A stretch of 64,000 bases of DNA from a virus. Taxonomy: Duplodnaviria; Caudoviricetes. Below the pieces are notes generated by a model. It searched no databases. It was not told the origin of the DNA and saw only the letters and a list, made by a program, of their open reading frames with translations. Position 1 is the stretch's first letter. Each line of letters begins with the position of its first letter. The stretch covers positions 1,619 through 65,618 of IMG/VR virus record IMGVR_UViG_3300048436_000037. One strand, given 5' to 3'. Both the position numbers and the translations under genes were made by a program. Positions 37,859 through 48,200 of the stretch are shown piece after piece.

Positions 37859-39226
37859 ATGGCAGCAACAGTAGAGGTAAAATTCTTTAATTCTTTTCTT
37901 CTGAAAAAGACTATAAGTCAGGGTAACGATCCTTTATGGAATGGATCCACGGGTATTCCTAGTGGTACTGCTGGTAGTTTTCCTGTTGTTGCTTCAGGCA
38001 CAGATCAAGATAAAAGTTACTATATTGAAGAGGCTAGAATTAGAGGTGGTTACAACAATACAAACGTTTCCTACGGTGTTAGAGCTTACTTAGTTGAAGA
38101 CGAACCTAAATCATCTATAAGATTTAACTCATTAATATATTCAGGTATATTCAACTCTAGAACAGGTGTTAACGATACAAATGTGTTTAGTGTTGGTCAA
38201 GACATAACTAAATCTGTAGATCCTGCTAATGGTAGTATACAAAAACTATACGCTGAAGATACTAACTTAATCTTATTTCAAGAAAATAAAGTTAGTAGAG
38301 CTTTGATAGATAAAGACGCTATATACTCAGCTGAAGGCGGTGGTAGCGTTACTTCATCAAATCTAGTGATAGGACAAATAATTCCTTACGCTGGAAACTT
38401 TGGTATTAGTAAAAACCCAGAAAGTTTCGCTGTATACGGTTATAGAAAATACTTTACAGATAGAAAAAGAAATACTGTATTAAGACTATCTATGGACGGT
38501 ATAACTGAAATATCTAACTACGGTATGGTAGATTATTTTAGAGATGAACTATCTACTTTAGATACAGTTTCTACACCAGGAAAAGCTATTGGTGCTTGGG
38601 ATATGTACAATAAACAGTATGTTTTAAGTTTACAAAAACAAAATAGCTACAACACTTTGTCTTTTGATGAAGCTGTACTTGGTTGGACTAGCTTATTTGA
38701 TTATGATCCAGAACAAGCTTTTAGTATAAGTGGTAATTATTACTCTATTAAAAACGGTAAAATTTGGCAACACTACTCTCAAACTGCTCTTAGAAATAAC
38801 TTATATGGAACTCAATACAACTCATCTATAGAGTTTGTGTTTAACCCAAACCCTAGTACTTCAAAAGTATTTAAAACTGTTAATTATGAGGGTTCTAATG
38901 GTTGGGAAGTACCAAGTTTTAACGCTGCTAGAAGTTTTGAGCTTAACGATACATCAAACCCTGTATTGAGTTATGAAGATGGAGCTTATACAGATCCAAC
39001 TTACGGAGTTACATTACGTGCTGGATTTGATAAAAAAGAAGGTAAGTACTACGCTAACTTAGTTAACTCAAGTCCAGCTACAACTGGAGAAGTTGTTTTT
39101 GGCTCAAGTATGACTGGTGTTAAAGGTTATTATTCAACAGTTACAATAAAATCAGATAGTGATAACAGAAGTTTACCACTAGAATTATTTGCGGTATCGT
39201 CAGACTATGTGACATCTGCTTATTAA
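37859..39226 (+). CDS. tail nozzle/stabilisation protein, C-terminal part
   Basis: GSIQKL...YAGNFGISKNPESFA...YFTD, GWTS..DY.P beta-propeller motifs. Confidence 0.7.
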   Translation: MAATVEVKFFNSFLLKKTISQGNDPLWNGSTGIPSGTAGSFPVVASGTDQDKSYYIEEARIRGGYNNTNVSYGVRAYLVEDEPKSSIRFNSLIYSGIFNSRTGVNDTNVFSVGQDITKSVDPANGSIQKLYAEDTNLILFQENKVSRALIDKDAIYSAEGGGSVTSSNLVIGQIIPYAGNFGISKNPESFAVYGYRKYFTDRKRNTVLRLSMDGITEISNYGMVDYFRDELSTLDTVSTPGKAIGAWDMYNKQYVLSLQKQNSYNTLSFDEAVLGWTSLFDYDPEQAFSISGNYYSIKNGKIWQHYSQTALRNNLYGTQYNSSIEFVFNPNPSTSKVFKTVNYEGSNGWEVPSFNAARSFELNDTSNPVLSYEDGAYTDPTYGVTLRAGFDKKEGKYYANLVNSSPATTGEVVFGSSMTGVKGYYSTVTIKSDSDNRSLPLELFAVSSDYVTSAY

Positions 39227-39236
39227 ATAAAATTAA

Positions 39237-39641
39237 ATGCAATTAAATATTAGAAAATTAAAAGAGAGCGACTGGGAAACCTTATGTTCTTGGTGGGATC
39301 AATGGCCTGAATGGCAAAATCCACCTAGAGATTTTTTACCTGACAATGGTAAAGGAGGTTTGATGGTTGAAAAAGACGTGCCTATTGTGGCAGGTTTCAT
39401 ATATTACACTAACTCTAAAGGAGCTTTATTAGAATGGGTTGTATCTAATCCAGATTATAAAGAAGCTGACAGAAAACAAGCTATAGCGCTTTTAATAAAC
39501 GCAGCTGAAGAAGTTTGTAAAAGTAATGGTGTAAAGTACATGTTCTCTATAGGTAGAAATAAATCATTAATAAATATACATGAAGAGCTTGGCTGGCATG
39601 TAGACAACAAGTCTTCTAAAGAATTAGTAAAAAAAATATAA
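39237..39641 (+). CDS. GNAT-fold protein
   Basis: IRKL...D, LEWVVSNPDYK...LLINAAEEVCK..G; typical position before podoviral ejection genes. Confidence 0.65.
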   Translation: MQLNIRKLKESDWETLCSWWDQWPEWQNPPRDFLPDNGKGGLMVEKDVPIVAGFIYYTNSKGALLEWVVSNPDYKEADRKQAIALLINAAEEVCKSNGVKYMFSIGRNKSLINIHEELGWHVDNKSSKELVKKI

Positions 39642-39644
39642 ATT

Positions 39645-40619
39645 ATGGGTGTAGTAACAGCTTTAGCCGTTGGAGCGGCGGCAAATTTAGCGGGTGGAGC
39701 GATAGCCGGTGGAGCCGCTGGTAGAGCGGCCAGAAGAGCTAGAGGAGATAAAAAAAGAGCGGAAGCTGAATTAGAGTCTATTAAAAACTCTAGACAACAA
39801 ATAACAAATCCATATGCTTCTACAGAAAATCTTAGTGGATTAGCTACTGATCTTAGTAGTCAGTTGTCTAATCCTTTTGAAAACCTAGGTGTTGCAACTA
39901 AAGCCGCTGAAATACAAATTGAACAAGCTGATATATCTCTAGCTAATACATTAGATACGTTGAGAGCTACAGGTGCTTCCGCTGGTGGAGCTACAGCACT
40001 AGCTCAAGCTGCATTACAAAGTAAACAAGGAGTTGCGGCTAGCATAGAACAACAAGAGGCTCAAAACGAAAAGTTAAAAGCTCAAGGAGAACAAAACCTT
40101 ATGAACGCTAAAATGGCTGAGCAACAGAGACTGCAAAGCATCGCCATATCTGAGGGCCAAAGAGTGCAAGCAACTGAAGCTGCAGGAAAACAGTTTATGT
40201 TTCAAGCTCAAGAAAGTAGAACTGAAGCTGATCTTGACAGAGCTGCAGGTCAAATATCACAAGCACAAGCTGCTGAAGCTTCTGCTAATCAAGCTAAAGC
40301 ATCAGCTTGGGGTAGCGCTATAGGTGGTGTTGGTAGTATAGTTAGCGCTGGTATTGGAGCTGGTGCTTTTGGTGGCGGAGGTGGTGCTACCACTACCACT
40401 TCTGATCGTAGGTTAAAGGAGAACATAAAATTAATAGGTAAATCAATAAGTGGTTTAAATATATATAGTTTTGAATATATTGACAAGTCTTTCAGCAAAG
40501 AAACATGGCAGGGTGTTATGTCTGATGAGGTTCCACAAAATGCTGTTGTTAAAAACTTTTCAGGTATATATGACGGTGTAGACTACTCTAAAATTGATGT
40601 AGAATTTAAACAAGTATAA
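39645..40619 (+). CDS. ejection/pilot protein with C-terminal S74-type intramolecular chaperone
   Basis: A/G/Q-rich helical body; SDRRLKENI...Y.F.Y...GVM..EV...VDYSKI. Confidence 0.7.
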   Translation: MGVVTALAVGAAANLAGGAIAGGAAGRAARRARGDKKRAEAELESIKNSRQQITNPYASTENLSGLATDLSSQLSNPFENLGVATKAAEIQIEQADISLANTLDTLRATGASAGGATALAQAALQSKQGVAASIEQQEAQNEKLKAQGEQNLMNAKMAEQQRLQSIAISEGQRVQATEAAGKQFMFQAQESRTEADLDRAAGQISQAQAAEASANQAKASAWGSAIGGVGSIVSAGIGAGAFGGGGGATTTTSDRRLKENIKLIGKSISGLNIYSFEYIDKSFSKETWQGVMSDEVPQNAVVKNFSGIYDGVDYSKIDVEFKQV

Positions 40620-40620
40620 C

Positions 40621-42198
40621 ATGAGTTATAGAAATCCACAAATAATAGTAGATAGATCAGCTGAGATATGGGCTCAAAGCGTTGGTAAAATAGGTGATAT
40701 TGTTAGCGCTGGCATAACTAAATATAGTGAAGCTAAAAGAATAGCCGCAGAAAAGCAGAAAAAAATAGACGAAGCTAAGAATAGGTTTTTAGTAAATACA
40801 GAGCTACAGCAAGATAAAGATATATTAAAAATAGTTTCAGATGTAAAAGATACTAGAGTAAGAGATAAGCTCACTAAAATATTTCAAGAAAAAGGTGCCG
40901 CCGCTATGAATGCTTCAGCTGAATTAGGTATGAATACTAATTTATCTAAACAACAAAGACAACAATATAGAAAAGCCATAAATGATTTTCAATCTTACAT
41001 GGTTAACAGTAAAGACCAAATAAATAACATCTCTACTGGCGCGCAGGAGTTTAACGATTTAACTATAGATCAAGTTGTTTCTGGTCACGCACCTAGTTCT
41101 GGTGATGAATTATCCAACTTAGTAGGTGTCATGGCTGTTAATGGTAAAAAAACTCCAGGTGTTGAAAGCACTGTAAATATCGCTGCTGATGGTAATAATT
41201 CAAATATACTTAAAATAAACTCACGTATAAAAGTTGGGAGTGATGTATACAATAAATTCAAGGAAGCTGACTTATTAGGTGATTATGAAGAATCTGATGG
41301 GTATATTAATGTAAAGTTTGAAAGAGACTTATCAAAATGGAACGGATCTTTTTTCGAACCTATACCAGCCGAAAGTGATAGAAATAAAACACTTCAAGAG
41401 TCTAATATATTTGACAAAAAAAACCAGTTAACAAAAGAATTTGTTTACCCAAATATAACAACTAGAACTGTAGGTGGTTTTCAGTATAAAGAGCAAGTTG
41501 TAAACAACGCTGCTATTGAAGACAACGTAGCGTATATGGATTTAATAAAATCTCATGCTAAAGGAATAATGTCTTACCCAATGAAGCAGCAAAAACAGTT
41601 TATTACAGGTAGATTAAAGTGGGATAAAGAAACTGCAGTAACGTATGAGTTAATGCCAGAGGCTCTTAGAGAAACTTTTTTAGTAGGTCAAATGGTACAT
41701 AAAAATTTAGAATCACTAGGTACTAAGAGGTTAGCAACATCAGACGATGTAAAAAACTTAGGTATACCTAATCTTAAAGTAGGTGACCCAATATACACTA
41801 AAAACATGGGAAAACCTACAGCTGTAGAAACGCCGGATAAAGAAGGAGAAGAAGAGGATTCAAACTTTAAGATGGATGCTGCTGAGAGAGCTGTTAATGA
41901 TCTTTTAGAAGATCCTATATCTTATTTAACAAATATAGGTGGTCCAGACGCTAGTGGAGTTGCTGATAGAAGTTACGATGAAGAAACTAAAATTCTTGAG
42001 TTTTCTATGACAGAAAAAGGTACTGGAAATAAAAAAATGAAAAAGTTTGATTTATCAGATAAATCTCAAGTTAAAAATTTAGCTAGAACACTATTTAATT
42101 TTAGAGGCAATAAGAGTTTAGAGGTTTCTGAAAACATAGACAGTGTAGTTGATAAAATATTTGACTTTAGCGAAACTGGCGATTTACCAATTTTTTAA
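40621..42198 (+). CDS. putative internal virion (cargo) protein
   Basis: 525 aa, position between pilot and giant protein. Confidence 0.6.
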   Translation: MSYRNPQIIVDRSAEIWAQSVGKIGDIVSAGITKYSEAKRIAAEKQKKIDEAKNRFLVNTELQQDKDILKIVSDVKDTRVRDKLTKIFQEKGAAAMNASAELGMNTNLSKQQRQQYRKAINDFQSYMVNSKDQINNISTGAQEFNDLTIDQVVSGHAPSSGDELSNLVGVMAVNGKKTPGVESTVNIAADGNNSNILKINSRIKVGSDVYNKFKEADLLGDYEESDGYINVKFERDLSKWNGSFFEPIPAESDRNKTLQESNIFDKKNQLTKEFVYPNITTRTVGGFQYKEQVVNNAAIEDNVAYMDLIKSHAKGIMSYPMKQQKQFITGRLKWDKETAVTYELMPEALRETFLVGQMVHKNLESLGTKRLATSDDVKNLGIPNLKVGDPIYTKNMGKPTAVETPDKEGEEEDSNFKMDAAERAVNDLLEDPISYLTNIGGPDASGVADRSYDEETKILEFSMTEKGTGNKKMKKFDLSDKSQVKNLARTLFNFRGNKSLEVSENIDSVVDKIFDFSETGDLPIF

Positions 42199-42218
42199 CA
42201 ATTAAAATAAAATAAAAT

Positions 42219-45200
42219 ATGTATACTTACGAAGGTGTTTCATATACTATAAATCAAATACAAGAAGCTGCAAAAAAGTCTAACATGTCTGTTGATGATT
42301 ATGTTAAAAAAATAAAAGCAGATACTAAAACAGAACCTACAAAAGAGGTAGAAAGTGCAGGCTTACTTGATTCAACAACTTTTCAAACGGACGCTGCAAC
42401 GGGTGCAGGTGTGGTGTCTCAACCAATGACAGCATCACAAGCGGGATATGTAGAAGTAGGAGATACGGGATCACCTTTGGAAGATACTTCCTCGGAATTA
42501 CAAGATCCTGATCCAGACAAACCTTTATCTGCTAGCGAGAAAAGAATAGCAACTAGAAAAAAAAGAGAACAAGAAAAGCAGGATAGATTAAAAGCTGAAG
42601 CAATTTCAGCTGAAAATGTAATAAACGATAGAATAAAAAATATACCAAAAGAAGATATAATAGCTATTCAAGCTAGTGATTATTTTGGACCTATAAAAGG
42701 TAGAAATGATAGAACAACTGTAAGTAGAACGATGATTGGTCAAATGGGTCCAACCGTGTCATTTGAACCTACTTTTAAGTCAGATGAAGGTTATACTAAA
42801 TATTTAAAGCAAACTCTAGGTAACAAATATAATCAATATTTAGATTATAAAGAAACAAACGAAATAATACCTCTTAACGCTAACAATGAATCTCAGTTAA
42901 AAAATATATACAACGAAGCTGAAACAAAAGCTAAAGATAAGGTATACAACAATAGTTTATTTAATGTTCCAGAGAATGTTCAGGAGTACATGGTGGCTAG
43001 TCCAAAATTTGCTAGTGGAGCAGAAAGCATAGAGGCTCAAAAGTTTTTAGTTAAAGGTCAAGAAGAAACTTTAAGAAAAAACATTGAAAGCTACGAAAAA
43101 GCTAAAAAAGAATGGGAGTCTCAAGCTTTACCACTTAATCAAGAGGTTAAAAATCTTAAGACTCAAATAGATAGATTTAAGTTTTATACCGCTGGTGCAA
43201 GTCAAGAACAAGCAGACCAATACAATGAGTTGATACAGACCTATAACGCTAAAATACAGCAGTGGGAAGAAAAAGGCTTCAATGAATTACCTGCTTTTTT
43301 GAACTCACAATACAAACTAGTAAATTCACAGCAAAAGGATTATTCTAAAATGCGTGAAGACTCTAGGAGAGCTTTAATAGACTATGATTTATTTGAAAAA
43401 AATCTAAAACAAGATTATAGTGCAAGCGCTAGAGTTGGTAGGGTTTTTGATGAGTTTTTTGTACAGTCTGGTAGAAACTTTATAGACTTATATGCTGAGT
43501 TATACTTGAAAGGAGCTAGAAAAATAGGTGAATTTTATAAACCTCTCTCCTTCTTAACAAGTCCAGAAAACTCTGCAAAAGTAGATTCTTTAATAGAGAC
43601 AATACAGAAAAATAATAAAAACTACAATTTAGGTATGGCTTCTAAAAGAGAAAACATACCTACATCTCCATCTATAGATGATATAGGTAAAGATGGTTTG
43701 TCTATATGGGACTGGACATCTATAGCTCTTCAAGATAATTCAGCAACAATAGCCACCACATTTATACCTACAGGCGCTGCAATTAAGGGGGCGGCTGGTA
43801 TATCTAAGGCTGTTAAAGCTAGTAAGGGAATGAAAGAAGCTTTACAAAAACAAAAAGCTTTGTGGTTAGCTGGTAAAAGAACTGTTCAAGGAACTTTCTT
43901 TGTAGCTGAAACAGGTGGTAAATATGGAGAACTGCAAACAGACGAAGCGTCTAGAGAACAAGAAATAAAGTTTTTATACTCAAAACTGAATAATACTGAG
44001 GACATAAATGAAAAAACTGAAATATACAATAAGATTAATGAGCTTGAAGAGGTAGAAAACTATAGTTTACTTCAAAAAGCCTTTACATCTTATAGTGCTG
44101 GAGCTACAGCTACATTTCTCGAGAGTATAAGTACTTTGAAAATGCTAGAACCGGCTAAAGGTTTATCTAAACAAATAGGTATCAATGCAGCTAAAAAAGA
44201 ATTATACAAACAACCTGTTAGATTTAGTGCTAACTTACTAGGTAAGACTGCAGCAGGTTTAAAATCTTTACCAAAAAACCTTACTGGAGAAGTACTGGAA
44301 GAGGTAACTACAGAAGTATCTCATAATGCTTTAGATATATTAGTGTTAGGTGAAAACAAATCTATGTTTGAAGGAATTAATAAAGACTTTCTAGCAAGTA
44401 CAGCTATGAGTAGTTTTGGTATAATGGCACCTAGATCAGCTGGAAATATATTTAACATCGTAAAAAGTGAATTTAGAACTAAAAACGAAATATTCAAAAA
44501 CCAAGAGCTATCTAGAGAGCTTATAGATCTTAATGAGTCAACAACACCAGAAAACTCAAAACAACTTAGAGTTAGAAAAAAAGAAATATTAAAAGAGCTG
44601 GCCCTTAGCGATGCTATTAGTTTGCATAAGTTAAGATACATGACATCAGACCAAATAGAAGAGGTTGCTGATATTAACAGGCAAATTAGGCAAGTTAATA
44701 GTAAATTTACACAACTAGGTGGTTTAGGTGATTTAGGTGAAGCTGAAAACAAACGTGTTAAGAAACAACTAGAAAAAGAGTACTTTAACTTAACTACTGC
44801 TAGGCAAGAAATTCTAGATGCCAAACAAAGATCTAACACTAAGAAAGCTGCAAATATAAACAAAGCTTTAGGTAATGCTGCTAGAAACTCTGAAGCAGCT
44901 TTTTATTATGGTGTAAATAACTTTTACAATGATTTAACTATGACTCAAATGGGTGATGGTGAATTTGTTTCTATAAAAGGTGAAATTCAAGATGATGGTA
45001 AAATAAAATATGATGACTTAGATAATCAACTAGCCAAGTATAAAAATAAAAACATTAAAAATGAAGAAGGTGAAAGTGTTGATGCTTTTGAGTATTTAAA
45101 AACAAAAATAGAGCAAGGGGATTTTAACGCTACTACTATTGGAAAAGATATAATAGTAAACCAACCCATAATAGATAGAAATATAGCTATAGCACCTACT

Positions 45201-48200
45201 GATACAAGCGCTCAATACGCTGCTGTTGCACCGCTAGAGGAATTATTTCACTTGAGTATAAGTGAAAAAGGTATAAAGTTTGACTCTACTGCTAAAAACG
45301 CTGTCTTAGAGGCTGAAAAAGTATTAAAAGAAAAAAGAGATCTTGGAGTTATATCTGAGAAAGATTATAACGGTTTAAAAGAAAGATTTGATCTTTATAG
45401 AGATGGTAAGGATTTTGACGCTGAAGAATTTATAGCTCAAATGAATAATGCCATATCTCTAGGTGCTATAAACAGATCAGATCTAGAATCAACACCTTCT
45501 TTTAAAAAGTTTTTAAATAACGCTATTAGATCTACATTTGGTGATATGTCTTGGATGCTTAGCTTAGAAACATCTGACGATGTTTTTAATCTTGTTAAAA
45601 ATTTTCAGACAGACGTATCTAAAGGTGTTACTTTTCAAGCGCCTGAGACGGATGAGTTAAAAGAGTCTAGAGTTTTGTCGCCAAAAGCTGAATTTCTAAG
45701 AGATGAATTAACTAATGAAGAGCTAGTTGCATCTATTAAATCAAAAGCCACCGAGGATACCTTCTCTGTAGCTCAAGCTATTGTAGAAAAAAACTTTGGG
45801 CTTATAAGAGACTCTAATGTTTTAACTTTTGATAAAAGTAATCCAGCTCAAATAAATGCTGTTAAAGAAATACTAGAAGAGCAGATCTTAGGTGTTTTTG
45901 AGGGATCTGGTAGAGGAAAGTATTCAGCTAGAAGAACAGGGTTATTTAACGCTTATGAATCAACGAAGGAGGATGGCGCTAGTCCAAGTACGTACTTGCT
46001 TGGCGTTATAAAGACAAGAAAACCAGAAATAGATATAGCTTTAAAAGAGAGAACTATAAAATCAGAAGGCGATAGTATAGATTCCGATCAAGCAAAACAA
46101 GTTGTAGATAAATCCACTAAGACTAGTGCTACTGTAGACAAGTTAGCTAAAAAACCTACAGAAACAACTAAATTTAAATCTAACTATATATCTCCAGAGT
46201 TTAAAGAATCTTTAGATACTAGCAAAAGTGAAAAAGAAGCTATTGAAGACAAGATATCTAGCACTGTAAAAGAATCTTTCAAGGATAGAAAGGTTAGTAG
46301 GTTTAAAGAGACGGGTAAGATACCTCAAAAATTAGCTCAACTTTATGCTGATATGTTTGGTATAAAAACAACTTCTGCTCTTATAGAGAAACAAAGAAAC
46401 CTTCAGAAGCTAGATCAAGAAGGAGCTGTTAGAGCTAGACAGTTTTTAATAGATAATGCAGCTTCAGATTTTGCTAGATTACCTAGAAGTAAAGATGACA
46501 CTGGTAAAGCTACTGGAATATTACAGACCAAAATAGGTAAAGTTTTATATAATAAAGCAGGTGAATTAATCGGTAGCTTAAAAACATATACAGATATAAT
46601 TAAAGGTAAAAATATTACACTAGAAGGTTATGATGGTAAGCAGTATGAGTTTAATCAACTTGACAGTGAAGGCAATAAAAAACCAATATATAGAGATGCG
46701 CAACATATAAAAGCAGCTTTAGATTTTCATATAAGAAATAGAGCCTTAGAGACTTTAATACCTGAACAGGGTAAAAGAATACAAGCTGGTGCTAAATTTA
46801 GTAAAGCACAGTTATTAAATGTTACGCAGTCTAGAAATATCAACCAAGTTTTAAAATTGTTAGGTATAGACAGTGCTAGTGTACCGGACAATATGAGGGC
46901 TGAAATACAAGCATCTTTCGAAAACGCAATAAGAGAATATAAACTTACTGAAAATGTTTTTTTAGCAGGAGCATTTGCTTTTAGTGGGGCAAAATATAAA
47001 AGAAAGGCTAACGGTAATGTTTACTACGAATTAACTAATGGAGAAGAGATGATGGGAATACCTAGGACTGACTCCGAAGGTAATGTTAAGGTTAATAAAA
47101 ATAATAAAAAACTTTTCAATCAACCAACAGCGGAGCAAGTTGAAGCTAAATTTGGAAAAGGAGTTAAGCTTTTAGCTGGAAGAGGTAGGTTGTACTACGG
47201 AGTTACTGATCCAGCATATAAAAAAGCTTTATCTGAGGCTAGAAAAAACTCAGAAGGCAAACAGGAGAATAAGGCTAAAAGAGTAAACGTTAACGCTGTT
47301 AATACTGATAAAGGTGTAGCTCAAGCCAAAATAAATATGGAAGTGCTTGATGATGTTGTAAGACAACTAGATAAAGCCGTAAAAAGCGGTATGCCAAAAG
47401 AATTAGCAGCAATGGTAATAGCTCAAGGGTATCAAGCGACTACTGGTCTTATTAAAATAGCAGCGCCATTTAGATATTTTTCTAAAAACCAACAATACGG
47501 TACTTCAGCAAAACAAAAAACAGGCGATAAGTTTAGAGAAGAGCATAATCCTCCAGCATCAGTAGTTGGTGCTTCAATTATCTATGGTTTAGTAACTAAC
47601 AATACTAATAAGATAATGGCTGATGTTAAGAAAAACTACTATCAAACAAAACTTTCTAAACTCGATGATCAAAAGCTAGATGAAGCTAAGTTAGACGCAA
47701 CCTTGCCGGTGGGTACAACTATAGCAGATAATCCAGCTATTAGATTTATTGAGGCTGGTATAGATCTTAATAGTATTGTTAACTATGAGACCGGTGAGAC
47801 AATGGCTGAAGAGCTTGGTGTGTCTTTAAGTTCTAGTGATATAAATTTAGATAATATAGCTGAGCAGAATAAAGTACTAAAAGACTTGATATTGGATAAA
47901 GGAGAGTATAAAAACCCTCAGAATTATTTAAATAACTTTGTTAAACTATCTTCTAAAACAAGAGCCTCTAAGATAAATAATAATAAAACACCATTAAATG
48001 TAAAGTTTTCTAAAAATGTAACAAACCAAGAAGCTTTAGATAATTTAGGTAATATAGATAAAGCATTGTCTATAGCTAGAAATGCTGATGCTCCAGTTAA
48101 AAAGATTAGGGTATTTGACTTTGATGATACACTTGCTACAACCAAAAGTAATGTATTATACACAATGCCTGATGGCAAAACTGGATCTCTAACCGCTACT

